From Catajapyx aquilonaris (Eukaryota), in NCBI GenBank assembly GCA_000934665.2, contig KZ538237.1, forward strand, positions 62,001-110,562: a stretch of 48,562 nt of DNA, in the 5' to 3' direction. Positions 36,801-48,562 of the stretch are shown here, piece after piece (the first letter of the stretch is position 1; every line of letters starts with the position of its first letter). The notes beneath the pieces are model-generated. The model searched no databases. It was not told the origin of the DNA and saw only the letters and a list, made by a program, of their open reading frames with translations. The translations under genes and the position numbers were made by a program.

Positions 36801-39114
36801 CCGCTTAATTTCGTTAATTATTTATGCAATGGTTTATTTACAGTTAACTTTGGGAAATACCTGACTAGATATAGTTACTTAACCTAGCGTCAGGAAGCTC
36901 TGGCAAAGCGTGAGCCGTTGCACAAATTATGGGTAATGTCATTAATGCTTTATATACCGTTTGGCATATAGAGTGCATTGAACGTTTAATAGTGTCTCTG
37001 TTGTATAGTCAAAAACAACACCGCTGAGAAACTTCTGATCATCTAATGCCTTATAAAAGTTATACAACTGCGACATTGTTTCTAATTTTAGCTTGCAATA
37101 ATGATTGATGATGATGAGCAAAATAACAATAAAATGGCTCCTTACGAAAAGTAACTTGTATCATTGTACATTTCGGATAATTTATTGGAAAGGAAAGAGT
37201 TTTATATGAATTATTTTCCGTGGAAGCTCTGCTGTATGCTCTGATGTAACTAAGGGCTGTTTGCATCAATGAAAATGAAAGGAAAATGTCCGATTATGTC
37301 CTGCATAATATTCAAAATGGATAATTGGAGATCCCCAACCTTGCTAAATGTTTGTGGCATCAGCAACAATTTATATCGGTCAAACGTTTTGAATATATAA
37401 CAAAATTGTATCATGTTTATTGAACTGTAATTATAATTATTCGTTACATATATAACAATCCATAAAACAACACTAACAATGCCTACTGTATTTCCAATAA
37501 AAAGATGGGGCTTGATGTGCAACACAAGCCTTATATACAGACAGTAAAATTTATAGTTCCAAATAATGATATTAAAGTTATGAACTATAGTGGCAGTAGA
37601 TGTTATCGATTAGACAGTCAATTATGATATATATATTTAATATAGGATGTAATTACTTTTTAAACACATTTTCTTGCTGCGATGAAACTACGGTGAAACT
37701 TTCCATACAACCCGAACCAAGGTCTACATAAAATATAAGCCAAATGCCGACCAGTTTCAATGATAAATATTGAACTTCCCCAACCGGAATTTTCAGGATA
37801 CCGTAAATCAACTTTTTATGCTCCAAGATGGCATGAATTATGGATGACCAACTGTACTATTAATTTGAACATAATAATATCAGCATACAGATAGATCTTA
37901 CTGTGAACCAAGTTAAGATCATTAGCATCAAAAATACTAGTAGAATATAGAATTGGCCACATCCAATCCATATTCCATTCAGTGCTGCCTATACGCTCTG
38001 GAGGAAAAAATGGTGGTTCAAAAGTCAGACACGAGATGGCAAGAGCTGTACCTCTCTTCTATTCCAATAAAAAAAACACCTGATAAAAAAAGCCCCCCTG
38101 AAACGTTTCACCTGGTCTCTTCAGGGGGTACATACCTCTCTGGTTGGGGCAGCGGCTTTTTATGTTTCATTCCCTATAGAGTTATATGCCCTTTGCTCTA
38201 TAGGCCATGTCACGCTCGTTTTAAATCTCCCAAAGGCCCCGCTAGTGTTGACTCACTATCGTCAATATACGCTTTTTTGGGTTCAAATGCGTGATTAAAT
38301 AAAACTTTAAAGCGTTGGTCAACTTTGGTTTATATCGGAAGCCGCTTTTGGCTGTGAAGTCCACTAAATTAAAAAGTACGCGGGTGTGTACAGGCAACAG
38401 CGTTGCATTTGCTGAAGGAATTTAAAAATGTAATAACTGTGTAGGTATGGGAAAATTTAAATATGATGGCGTATGTTATTAAAGAGGATAGAGCGGGTTT
38501 TGATGAAAGTGCATTATAAGTTATACTTTATTATATGTGCATCTGATAACATTACAGGTACAAACTAATCAAACAAACTCCTGCCCTGGACAGTAATTCG
38601 TATAGAACTTAAATTGCGAATTAGTTTTTGATTTCAAATCATTTCACATCTATACAGTACGGTACGTATAGTCTACTTGTAATTTGCATAAAAGCATTTT
38701 TGCGGAGTTTTTCCGATACTACGTGTGATGAAATTATTGATTACAAAAAATTTGACTGCGACTTGATGCGCAATTGTGACAACGAAGACAATTATTATTA
38801 TTACGAGTATGTGAATAGTTACGATCCTGCATAACGGGGTATTTCAAAAGATAAGAGGCGATGCATTACAGCAATACATTACATTCATTACAGCACAAAA
38901 GCAGCTGTTATTTGTTGATTTGTACTTTATTTTATGCTTATTTTGGTCGCTAACTAAATTCGTAGTATAAATTTTGCCTATTAAAATGACCATTTTACAT
39001 GGTCTTATGTTATCTTAATTCAGCAGTTTATTTTTTAAATGTGATACCTTGTCACATGCGTGTGCCTGATGACAGATCATATTTTACACGATAAGGCACT
39101 ATTAATCGTGATCA

Positions 39115-39296
39115 GTCATGTCGGATTTTGAAAGTGGAAAGAATCGGGAAACCGCGAGAAAACCACATGAGCACGGAGAGAACCCATAGAAACTTGTCGC
39201 AATGAGAAAATCATCAATTCGACCTGGGGATTGAACTCGGGACTGCAAAGGTGGTATGGCATGGCCGAAGCCACTACACTACGCAATTTCACTGCC
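39115..39296 (-). mobile_element. tRNA-derived SINE with V-domain-like core
   Basis: Minus strand: A-box TAGTGTAGTGG, B-box GAGTTCAATCCCC, then GTTCTCTCCGTGCTCATGTGGTTTTCTCGCGGTTTCCCGATTCTTTCCAC...GACATG. Confidence 0.7.
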
Positions 39297-39780
39297 TATT
39301 GAACTCACCGAATTGTACTTTATTATGGAAATTTAATGAAGGGCGCTATAAATTATCCGCCTTATGAAGTGTTAGTGCGTAGGAATATTTAATAAATAAA
39401 TGAACATGCAATAGAATCGCATCAATAACTCGATTGATTGCTCCTAAAATATATTAATTTGAGATTATCTGATTACAGTGAAGTACAGTAATATTAAATT
39501 ATTTTTAAGCAATGGAAAATGTGTCAGTGATTATCATCCTCCTCTCCTGTCTATACGTGGACCTCGGTTTGAATCCCAGAAAAATAGACCTCGTGCTATA
39601 CTAGATGAATAAGCTGAAGCGAAATAATATTTTCCAGCTTTATTTTTGTGCTCTTTTCATACCCATCATTAAAATAACATTTCATTAACTCGAAATACTA
39701 TTTCTGCATTTACATTGAGCTCATACCAACAGTTTAATTATCATGAAAAAGGTTATTTTTCCGAAAGTCGTGATTATTAA

Positions 39781-40065
39781 CCCTGGAACCGTGCCGTGGG
39801 GTCTTTTTGGACCCCAAGGAATTAAAATGCATTAAAATGATAATTACAATGAACTTTTGCCAATTTTTTTTACAGTATATAACAGGAAGTGCATGTTTAT
39901 TTTGAATTAGCGATCATTTTAGGCATTGTTCAAAGAATGATTGTATATAGTCAATACATTGAAAAGTATTTATAGAATAATTAATAAAAATTAAAATATG
40001 GATGGGGTCCGGAAAGACCCCACGGCACGGTTGCCGTAACTTTCAGGCACGGCACGGTTCCAGGG
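39781..40065. mobile_element. piggyBac-type MITE (285 bp)
   Basis: TTAA TSD (39777-39780, 40066-40069); TIR CCCTGGAACCGTGCCGTG / CACGGCACGGTTCCAGGG; an additional internal subterminal repeat at the right end. Confidence 0.92.
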
Positions 40066-43000
40066 TTAATTTAATAATATTGTTGTTACTGTAGTGTACC
40101 GCAAATTTGTCGACTTGTATTGCAGGTGCAAGTTAGCATTATTGCATTGTTGTGCGGTAGTTTCGGGTGGATAGAAGCTATATTCAGAGGACAGGCAGAT
40201 TCATCGTCAGCATTTTTATGCATAGCGCAGGTTCTAATCAAGGTAATGACATTAATGCCATCAGGAACTTTATCTGTATAATTTCCTAAATAGGATCAGA
40301 TTTATATGACACAAGCCAGTCAATTTTTGAGACTGTATATGGGAAGAAATATACTCGGATGTATAGGAAAAAAGCCCGATTTATTATGTACCTCTCATTT
40401 CAAATTTAAAAGTAGGCCTATCAACATTTAAACCTTGCCTCTTGCACCATTCAGGACTATATTTTTGTTGAGTTCACATGTGGACCAGAAATCGCAACAA
40501 AATTACATGGGACGATTCGGAGAGCCAGCAGCAGTGGGGTGAACTGAAACATTCAAAGTGGGGAAGAATGGATCATAGTATTTTACATGTTATTGGGCTG
40601 TATGAGTGAGATCAATGTTATGTTAATGCCGTTACTAACCGTCCACATTATTAAGCATTTGACTGCTGCTGTTTTTCAACCTGGGACAATAGCGAAAAAA
40701 ATATTGGTAGTTTGAATGACTGCCTTTATAATTGTGTTTGAAATTTTTGTAAATATTGTATTTCAAGAACTGATATGGCTAACCTGATATTAAATCAAAT
40801 GTCCTCGGATAATTAAATTTGTGATTAAACACAAGGATTTCTGTAGAATACGCAACAAATAAACTTCCAAATCGATGATCGATACAATACAAACAGCATG
40901 GGCCCCAGAGCCCACTGCTGGCATTTTCCCTTACTGTTGCGTTGCCATCAAAAATATTTATGTGAAGCGGGCTGTAGAATCCTGACTGACATGGAAAGAA
41001 TTTTCTTCCAAAGAGATTTTTTTCTCTCTCTCTCTCTTTCTCTCCCCTTCCTCTGGAAGGAATAGTAATTTCTAGTTCCCATCTGTTGATGTCATATTCA
41101 TTCCCAAACGATGACAAGTAATCAGGGCTCTTTGGCTTCCGATGAGATGAAAATCTCCCGTCTCCTTGGGGCAGGTAAAAAGTTATCAGCAAAGGTAGCT
41201 ATTGGTCGCTAGTGAGTCGTCCCGCAAGCATTCATTGGGACCCCCACAACTTTCCTTCTCTGCTCCCAATTACTACTTCATCTCAACTTTGAAGATGGCC
41301 TCGGGATTTTCTTGCATTTTCCAGTAACTCGGAAAACAACATAAATTATTATCTTTGCGATTTTGGATTCAGACTTTTTTTTCCAATACATGCTGTTTTT
41401 TTTCAATTTCATATTAAGTGAATGGATGATATACGTGGTAAACATATTGTCTCTGCCCTATTGTGGGGTAGATCGTATTACGACTTCCTGATTATTCTGA
41501 GATTTTTGTGTGTGCCCGCAAATTAAAGTTGGATTTGTGTGTGAAAAATTATGATCCATGTTTATTTCAGGTCATATTTTGGGTAATAATTGAAACATTT
41601 TAAAGTTGGACCCCTCAACATTTTGACTTCAAATACCGCCAAAATTGTGTATGTCTATTCAAGTTACGCCTCGCAGTACAAATAGCAGCAAAACAGTTGT
41701 TACAGTGACACTAACAGTACGGTATATGTAAATAAAATTTGTGCCTAATATTTTTGAAAATGCTCTGACAATACTATATTTTCAACTAAAATATATTATA
41801 CTGTATATTAAATGTCTTGGTACTGTGTCTAACGAACTTCACACGATGGGCGCGAAGTAGGGCATCTGGAATTAGTATTCCTTAGGCTTCGTCGGAGTCC
41901 AGCCACGAAATAGTCACAATTTGCTTGTAATTGCTGCTGGAATTAGGCATTTATGAATCATCCCCCTTTGATTCATTTATCATTATTGTCGCATGGCCAA
42001 CTGTCAGAGTCAGGCACAATAAGTAACCATTTAAATAACACATATTCGGCTCACGATTTGTGGTTTTAGATTTTTTAGTCCGAAAAGTATATAATTTGGA
42101 TCACATTTTTAGATATATGGATTGCCCCTTGCTGTGGGCACAATAGTAAGCAGTAATTGGAACGGAATAAGTAAATCTTTAGAATAATGATTACAAATTG
42201 TGTGAATTTTCTGTCTGGACTCGGTAAGAACGAAAGCCGCTCCTGTTCCCACCTGGTGTTCCACACAGGAATTCCATTCCGTTCACTTTCCAACACATCC
42301 TGTACAATAAAGGGTTTGCACAAGTTTATTCTAGGGCATATAGCAGGATAAACTTGTTGGAGAATGTTATCAGAACATTTGCATGTGACGTGATTTATGC
42401 AAGTTGCAGATTTAAATGGGTCTACGCCTGTGGGATGATATAGTCTTGAAATTAATAGTAATTTACCGGTAAATATTATTACACTAAATTGGACACAAAA
42501 TACTTTTCATGATTTTAGTTCATAGTCTTAGTCGGTATTTTTGGTGTAGTGTCTGATGGTGTTCTTCTGTCAATAGTTCTCAAGGATAAAATGGGCTTTG
42601 AATAACACTGTTGGAATTTTTAATTGATATATTACTATTATTACCGTGAAATGTGAAATAATTTTGATTTTATTTTATTTGTAACTAAGAGGCCAAGCGA
42701 TGCGTCTGTTACTAATTAGTTTTAGGGAAGTATAAAATGTTGCCTGACTAAAATATCATCGGGGAATCATCCTTGGTGTAGGCAACCAACAGTGCATATT
42801 CCATTAGAAATTTATACTGGTGCCATTTATGACACTTTGAATTACAGATGACATCTCCGTAACGAAGACACTTTAATTTTAAAAACATTGCACTCCTTGA
42901 GTTGCCTTATCACAATTGCAAACTGAAACTGTCGCAAAAACTGGGCTTCTCAAAAGTAAACTGTGGGAAGATTTGATGTTACCTGACCTTTTATCAAAAT

Positions 43001-43846
43001 GTGCACAAATTTATAATTTACAACCACCGAATTTATAGGGTGGAATATACAGCATACAGGCGTGGTAATTACTAACCGTGGAGTACCATGCATCACTTCT
43101 TGTGCACCACTTTTGCAGCCAAGGTACACGCTACACAAACCTAATAATGGCATTACTAAGTAAGATGTTATGATTTGGTTAGGAATTAATCTGCCTCCAA
43201 GCACCATCTGATATGAGGTGATCTAAAATTTGGGCAACTTTAAGGCCTTCCGTTGAATACATTATGCTGGGCCTTCTACATGGGAAATCAGCACTTTCCA
43301 CTGCAAGATATATGAATTTTGGATCATCCCCTTGCAAGTCTTGGAAAGTTTCCTTTCCATTCGGGGGAAAGGGGATGTAGGGTGGGGTGGGGAGGAAGGG
43401 AAAAGGCTATAAGCCGTGATTTATGCTAATCTGCTTGTCCGAAACGCATCCTTTGATGCCGTCGAGCTTAGAGGCCCAGCTGGATAATGTTCTTAGGCCC
43501 AGGTTTAGGGATTGGCATGGGTTTCAGGGGAGCTGACGGCCATTTTCCAAGCCCACCCCTCTTTCCGTTTACCATTTGAATTCTTAATGTCCCTCAAGCC
43601 TATAAGGGGAGATATTCCTCTACACATGTGTGTGGTTCCGAGGCACGCGTCCTTATACAGCATTGTTTTAGCCTGGCTTTTAGGGAGTTCATATCTGTTT
43701 AAGCTGGAAGTGGACTAAACATTGCCTGAGCTTTGATGTAAAGGCAGTGGTTTTGCGCCAAAATAGAAGTTAGACAGCAGACCCCTGGCGGTAGAATGTG
43801 CTGCCATCATACGATTACATCTAGAATTATACAGTCGCATTGCCCT

Positions 43847-43890
43847 TAATAGATACCTGCTCAGCCATTAATAGATACCTGATCAGACAA
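43847..43890 (+). repeat. 22-bp tandem duplication
   Basis: TAATAGATACCTGCTCAGCCAT followed by TAATAGATACCTGATCAGACAA. Confidence 0.8.
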
Positions 43891-46542
43891 TATAACCTGT
43901 CGTAATATTTACCAAAAATTATATAACTAACAGCTATCATCACCCAAACCTTCTGTGTGTGTAGTATATTCTATTTCTAGAAGCCAAGTTTGTTACTTGC
44001 CATGCAATGGTAGATTTAATATAACGTGTTAGTTTAATTAATGTACACCGGATAATAGTCAACACAAAACACATACGGTATAACGGATACACACACCAGA
44101 AGATGGCTCCTGCATCTCTTTTTCCTGTACAAAGTATAGGGGATGTAAATGGGGGGGGGCGATGTACTGTGGTATATATATAGTGAGGTGAGTTAGGGAG
44201 AGGCGGGGGGGAGAGGGAGGAAGTTGAAGGGGGAAAGTGCCCCGCCTCTGTCCGCCAATCAATACGAGGGGCTTGGCATCCCCGCAGGATCAATGAGTCA
44301 GAGCAAGATGGTGCTATCATCTTTATAAACATAGCATCCCACAGATACGCTACACACATTCCCGTTACACGCTATCCTAGCAGGTATGCAACTGACAATA
44401 CCTAGGTGTGTTGGTATGGGACTAATCGTGCCTTTCGGTCGCACAAAGTATGTCGTCAAGTCATTTCATCACAGAGTGCTTCAAATTACATTCTGCTGAT
44501 TGTGTCAGAGAATGATGCTGATTATCTCATTATTTTTAGCGCGAATAGGCACATTTTCTTTGCATTAAGGTGTACTTCAGTTGTGTTCAATGCTTGTGCG
44601 TTAGATGAAAATAGAATCAATGGCACTACTTTTTTCACGTTTACAAGGGATCCGAATTTTCCTTGTGAAAAGTTGGTGAAGCATTTTAATTGCATAATAG
44701 CTGTCCGAAAGGGTAAACGCTATTGTTTCTAGGATTGTGCGGTAATTTTTCCTCCTGTATTTAGTCGTACAGCGTGGGAAAAAATTCTGTATGTAAATTA
44801 TGAAAATTACTTTCGAATCAGTCACTTTATTTTCCCCATTTTATAGTGAAACATTCACTTTCATGACGTCCATGTAAACATATAAATATTAATCAGGGTG
44901 TAGTAAATTAGTTACGTTTCCATTCATACTCAGTTTTCATTTCCATATTCTGAAAGGTTACACCCTCATTTTTTGTAGCTCCTGAAATCTCGTACCATAG
45001 CGGATATTTTTTTTAAAAACTTTATTACACTCAAACAAACTCACAAGTTTATAGTCCATACCTAATTTCATATTTCTGTCCACTCCCCCATCTCTAACGA
45101 AAAAAATCTTTGCCATTGAACATCTGCATCCTCCCCCTCTCCATCATTCCCTCCACCCCTCCATTTCCCCCCAGAGTAGTAAATGGGCGGAGAAGCAATT
45201 TATAAGAAATCTTTGGAGGATGAGAAAGGTTTGGTGGGAGGTGCCAGCTTCTCTTCTCCAACTGCCGCTGCCTAATTACACCCAGGCCCATATAACGCCT
45301 CTCCTGCTCATCATCACCATCACCTTCCCATGATGACGACGATTATGATGATAGCAAACCCTGCTCTTTCTCCCTACTCCCCCCCCCCTCTATCCCGCCT
45401 CCTTCCCTCTCCAATCCCAGTAACTCCCACTCTGCCAACTTCAGACTCCTCCACCAGAGCATATTTTTGAACCGGACTGTCACAAGACTAGGCCTAGCTC
45501 AACGCTAACCATCGTGAGGAAATGTTCGCAGAATGTAAGTACATACCATGTGTACATTGTTCAGGGTATGGAAGCATGTGTGAACAGGGTCGATTTTCGG
45601 CAGAGGAATAGTACACTGAAAACCAGGTCTATTGTCTGTATGTATCCGGAATTCTATAGAAAATCTAATATCCTGCATATAATTTAACTTCTTCCAGGAT
45701 ATTGTCCAGAGATCGTTTTACAATTGCCGAATATGCTTGAGTAAGGCAAATGGGAATTGTAATATGCGTTGGCCTTCTTCCTTTTCCTCACCTCTTCTTC
45801 ATCTTCCTCTCCTCCACCACCCCTACTCCCTAAGCCTGAAGGCAGGTGCCAATTAAGTTCCCGGCGAGGGGCTCGTAAAAGTCAGAAGCGTCGCGTCGCC
45901 TTCTGCTCGCAGCACTATTCTGCAAAATGGCCTCCTTTCATTTAGATCTGCCTCTTTTCACTCCTTTCTCTTAAAAACTCCCTAACGGAAGCGATTTTTA
46001 CTTACTTTTCACACCGCTTCAAAAAGTGGCGTCATGGTCGACGATAATGGCGTGTTTCACTCCCCCCAAACCTCCCCTCTTTCGCATTTGATCAATTCTG
46101 TTGGCTCTAAATGGTGACTCCTGAAGTGCAATGAAATATAAGGACCCCCAGGGTGTTCTAGGTATACTGTGTCGTAAGGACCGGTCTCTGTCCCTACCTT
46201 TTCCCATCCCGAGAGGTCTTTTGTGAAGGCCTACGATTAGACGCACTCAATTTACTCCAATACTTGACTCTAGCCTTAAGGATGACGACCCGACCATTCG
46301 ACCCAAGATTTTTTTTTGGTTGATCGGGTGGTGTAACCCGGGTGAGGATTAGGCCTACCTGTTTTGGTAGCGGGTGTCTTCTTAGCAGGCGGCTGTCAGG
46401 ACCCTTTGGCTGGAAAAAAGCAACGTGTACTGGTTAACCATGTGCTATGTAATAAAATATGAAACGAAATGTACTGTACTGAATATGATATATATACTGT
46501 AGATCATGAATCAAGCAGGGTATTCAACATGATTGCACTGAT

Positions 46543-46810
46543 TATAGCAGTGGACCCGTTCTTCGCACAGGGATTGATAAATGATATAAGTTTGTAAAAC
46601 CTATAGTAACCTATAACCAAACTTCACCCATCAAAAATCGTGGGGTATTAAAACTCAAAAAATGCAGTTTTCGGACTTTTCCTTCAATCAGTGGCACATT
46701 GATGTGCAAAATTTCAGCATTCTCAGCGGTATGGAAGTAGGTTAGGTAGCCCCAACAAACATGCATAGATACGTACGGTACAAACTTTCACATTTATAAG
46801 GATAGAGATA
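46543..46810 (+). mobile_element. Non-autonomous Helitron-like (Lep1-type) relic
   Basis: Start TAGCAGTGGACCCGTTCTTCGCACAGGG, internal GTGCAAAATTTCAGC and end ACAAACTTTCACATTTATA resemble arthropod non-autonomous Helitron-derived repeats as I recall them; not verified by search. Confidence 0.5.
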
Positions 46811-47825
46811 TAAAGTGGTGAAGCAGATTGTCCTGTTTGTAATTCCCACAAATAAGTTCATAAAAAGCACTGGCAAATTGGCAAATCCCCCACAAGCGGT
46901 TAGAAGCCTAACGCTTATGACACACTGCAATGATAACCGCTATAATTTGAGAGGAATTACAGAGGACTTCTTAAGGAAGTAAAAGAAGAGGATCAAGCTT
47001 GCTGCTTGGGGAGAGGGCAAAAAAAAAAGAAAATGAAAAAAAGAGAAGAAAATGGCTGTAAGTATTTCGTCCTAAGACTGGGAGCCCAATTTGTTCGTTA
47101 GGATCTGAAGTTCCCGCGAGGGGATTTGGGAAGAACGTTGGGGTATAGTGGAGGGTGATTAGTTTTACATTTTTGATTATATCTCCATTTTAGCTCTCAT
47201 TCGTCCGCGCTGGATTTCTTCAATAAGGCGCAACTAAGTGGTGGGGATCTCCCATAATTTCCCCAAATTGCGTGGGGATTCTGGGACTAGAACTGGGTTC
47301 TAACCTTTTTTTCATAGCTATACCACGGAGAAAATGGCAGCTTCTTTAGAGAACTATGTCTCCCCACCCCCACCCTCCTCTTCCTTCTTCTTTTTTTTTT
47401 CTTCCATCTCTCCTTTATTCACTCAGCCTCCTGTTCCATTCCACGCCACAGCCCTCTGCCTTCATGGCGCTACCTGTTGAGCCCTAATTAATTAAATTTA
47501 TGGGGCGTAGGTTCCTCATCAAGCGGCGTAATAAGACGGAGAAGAAAGGGGGAAATTGGCAGGCGGAGCTTTCCCGGAATGCTATGCGTGGAAAACTTGT
47601 GTACGCATGTCGCTTTAAACACACTTGATTGACTGTTGTTTATTATGCTTATAGCACCTTTCTGATCGATATTGCCAGTTTTTTTTTCTTTGGCGATTCG
47701 CTATTGTTGAATGATGGGTCAATTGTTGGTTACCACACTTATTTTATATTGTTTATTACCACGTAGAGAACCGAAAGTACTTTCATTGGGAGACCGAATG
47801 TGGCAGGGGTAGGGGAACACCCCTC

Positions 47826-47878
47826 TCTTCAGCGGATACACCCATATCTTCAGCGGATACACCCCTATCTTTCAGCAG
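47826..47878 (+). repeat. 21-bp tandem repeat (~2.5 copies)
   Basis: TCTTCAGCGGATACACCC(A/C)TA twice plus a partial third copy. Confidence 0.85.
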
Positions 47879-47959
47879 AAAGTAGGTAAAAGTGCAGGGT
47901 CTTCCGATACGAAAGTGTAACCGAGAAACCTCTCTCTCTCTACTAAATATATCCTTAAT

Positions 47960-48510
47960 TAACTAGCTTCATTATATGACAGATTTTTTCAAAGAATGAC
48001 TGATTGTTGCCCTTTGACAGTGCATATAATTTAACCCAGCACTGGAAAACTTGCACCAAATTATACCGCACTGATAAGCCCCTACTCCGACTGCCTATGT
48101 GAGCTATAATCTGTGCGCTTTCGGGCTGCTGAACAAGGCCCAAAATCCGGGCTCTGCACTCCCAGAGCAGTTTTCACTGCTATTGTAGCCAAGTTTTAGG
48201 ACATGAAAGGGCAAGTGTACCGACACACTCTACCATCGGAGTTTGAATTGCGAACTCGCCTGAGCAGAAGGACACATGGTGTCCACTCTGGAAATTCACT
48301 TCTCTCTGCCGTGAAATATTTCACATCATTTTGTGCTGAAGCAAGTGGACAATTCGCTCGTTGAAGTCTCCAAATTGTTATACTGTAAATTGGAGCTAAT
48401 ATTTTTATGTACTGTATAATGTACCAATAAAATTCAGTACACACGACCCTGGGTGGCTATTGTTGGAAATATTCTGGGAGTGCACAAGTGTCCGGAACCC
48501 GACAGTACAT
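47960..48510 (-). mobile_element. Heavily decayed mariner transposase fragment
   Basis: Relic peptides 'K*CEIFHGR', 'QSGH', 'NSDGRV' and 'NNQSFFEKIC..NEA' occur in the expected mariner order. Confidence 0.3.
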
Positions 48511-48562
48511 GGATGGTAAATATGTGAATAAGTACTTAGGGGGCAGGCAGGGTGGGGGAAAG

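Noticed and set aside
47826..47878. CRISPR-like repeat
   Set aside because: Head-to-tail tandem copies with no spacers, no cas genes and a eukaryotic context.

Overview
Eukaryotic, invertebrate-like (probably arthropod, by inference from the repeat types) AT-rich genomic DNA. I recognise no intact host protein-coding gene. The first 8.7 kb is a transposon nest. Two ~930-bp arms in inverted orientation (1-926 and 7361-8300) each carry a tRNA-Ala(CGC) gene. Between them lies a decayed mariner that is split by a ~3.6-kb Transib element (RAG1-core-like transposase, 2810-6452). That element has an RSS-like CACAGTG left end, a degenerate right end and a 5-bp GC-rich TSD. Its intron-containing transposase pseudogene (minus strand, 5803->3091) can be rebuilt by eye after removing two nested MITEs and correcting several frameshifts. 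At ~9.1-13.4 kb is a CpG-depleted block with CCAAT boxes, good splice sites and an AATAAA but no convincing ORF (candidate lncRNA). The remaining ~35 kb looks like gene desert or a large intron, with MITEs (Tc1/mariner-type, piggyBac-type, Helitron-like), tRNA-derived SINE relics, a perfect 114-bp palindrome, a possible micro-exon and enhancer-like patches. All calls were made by eye; no database searches were run.
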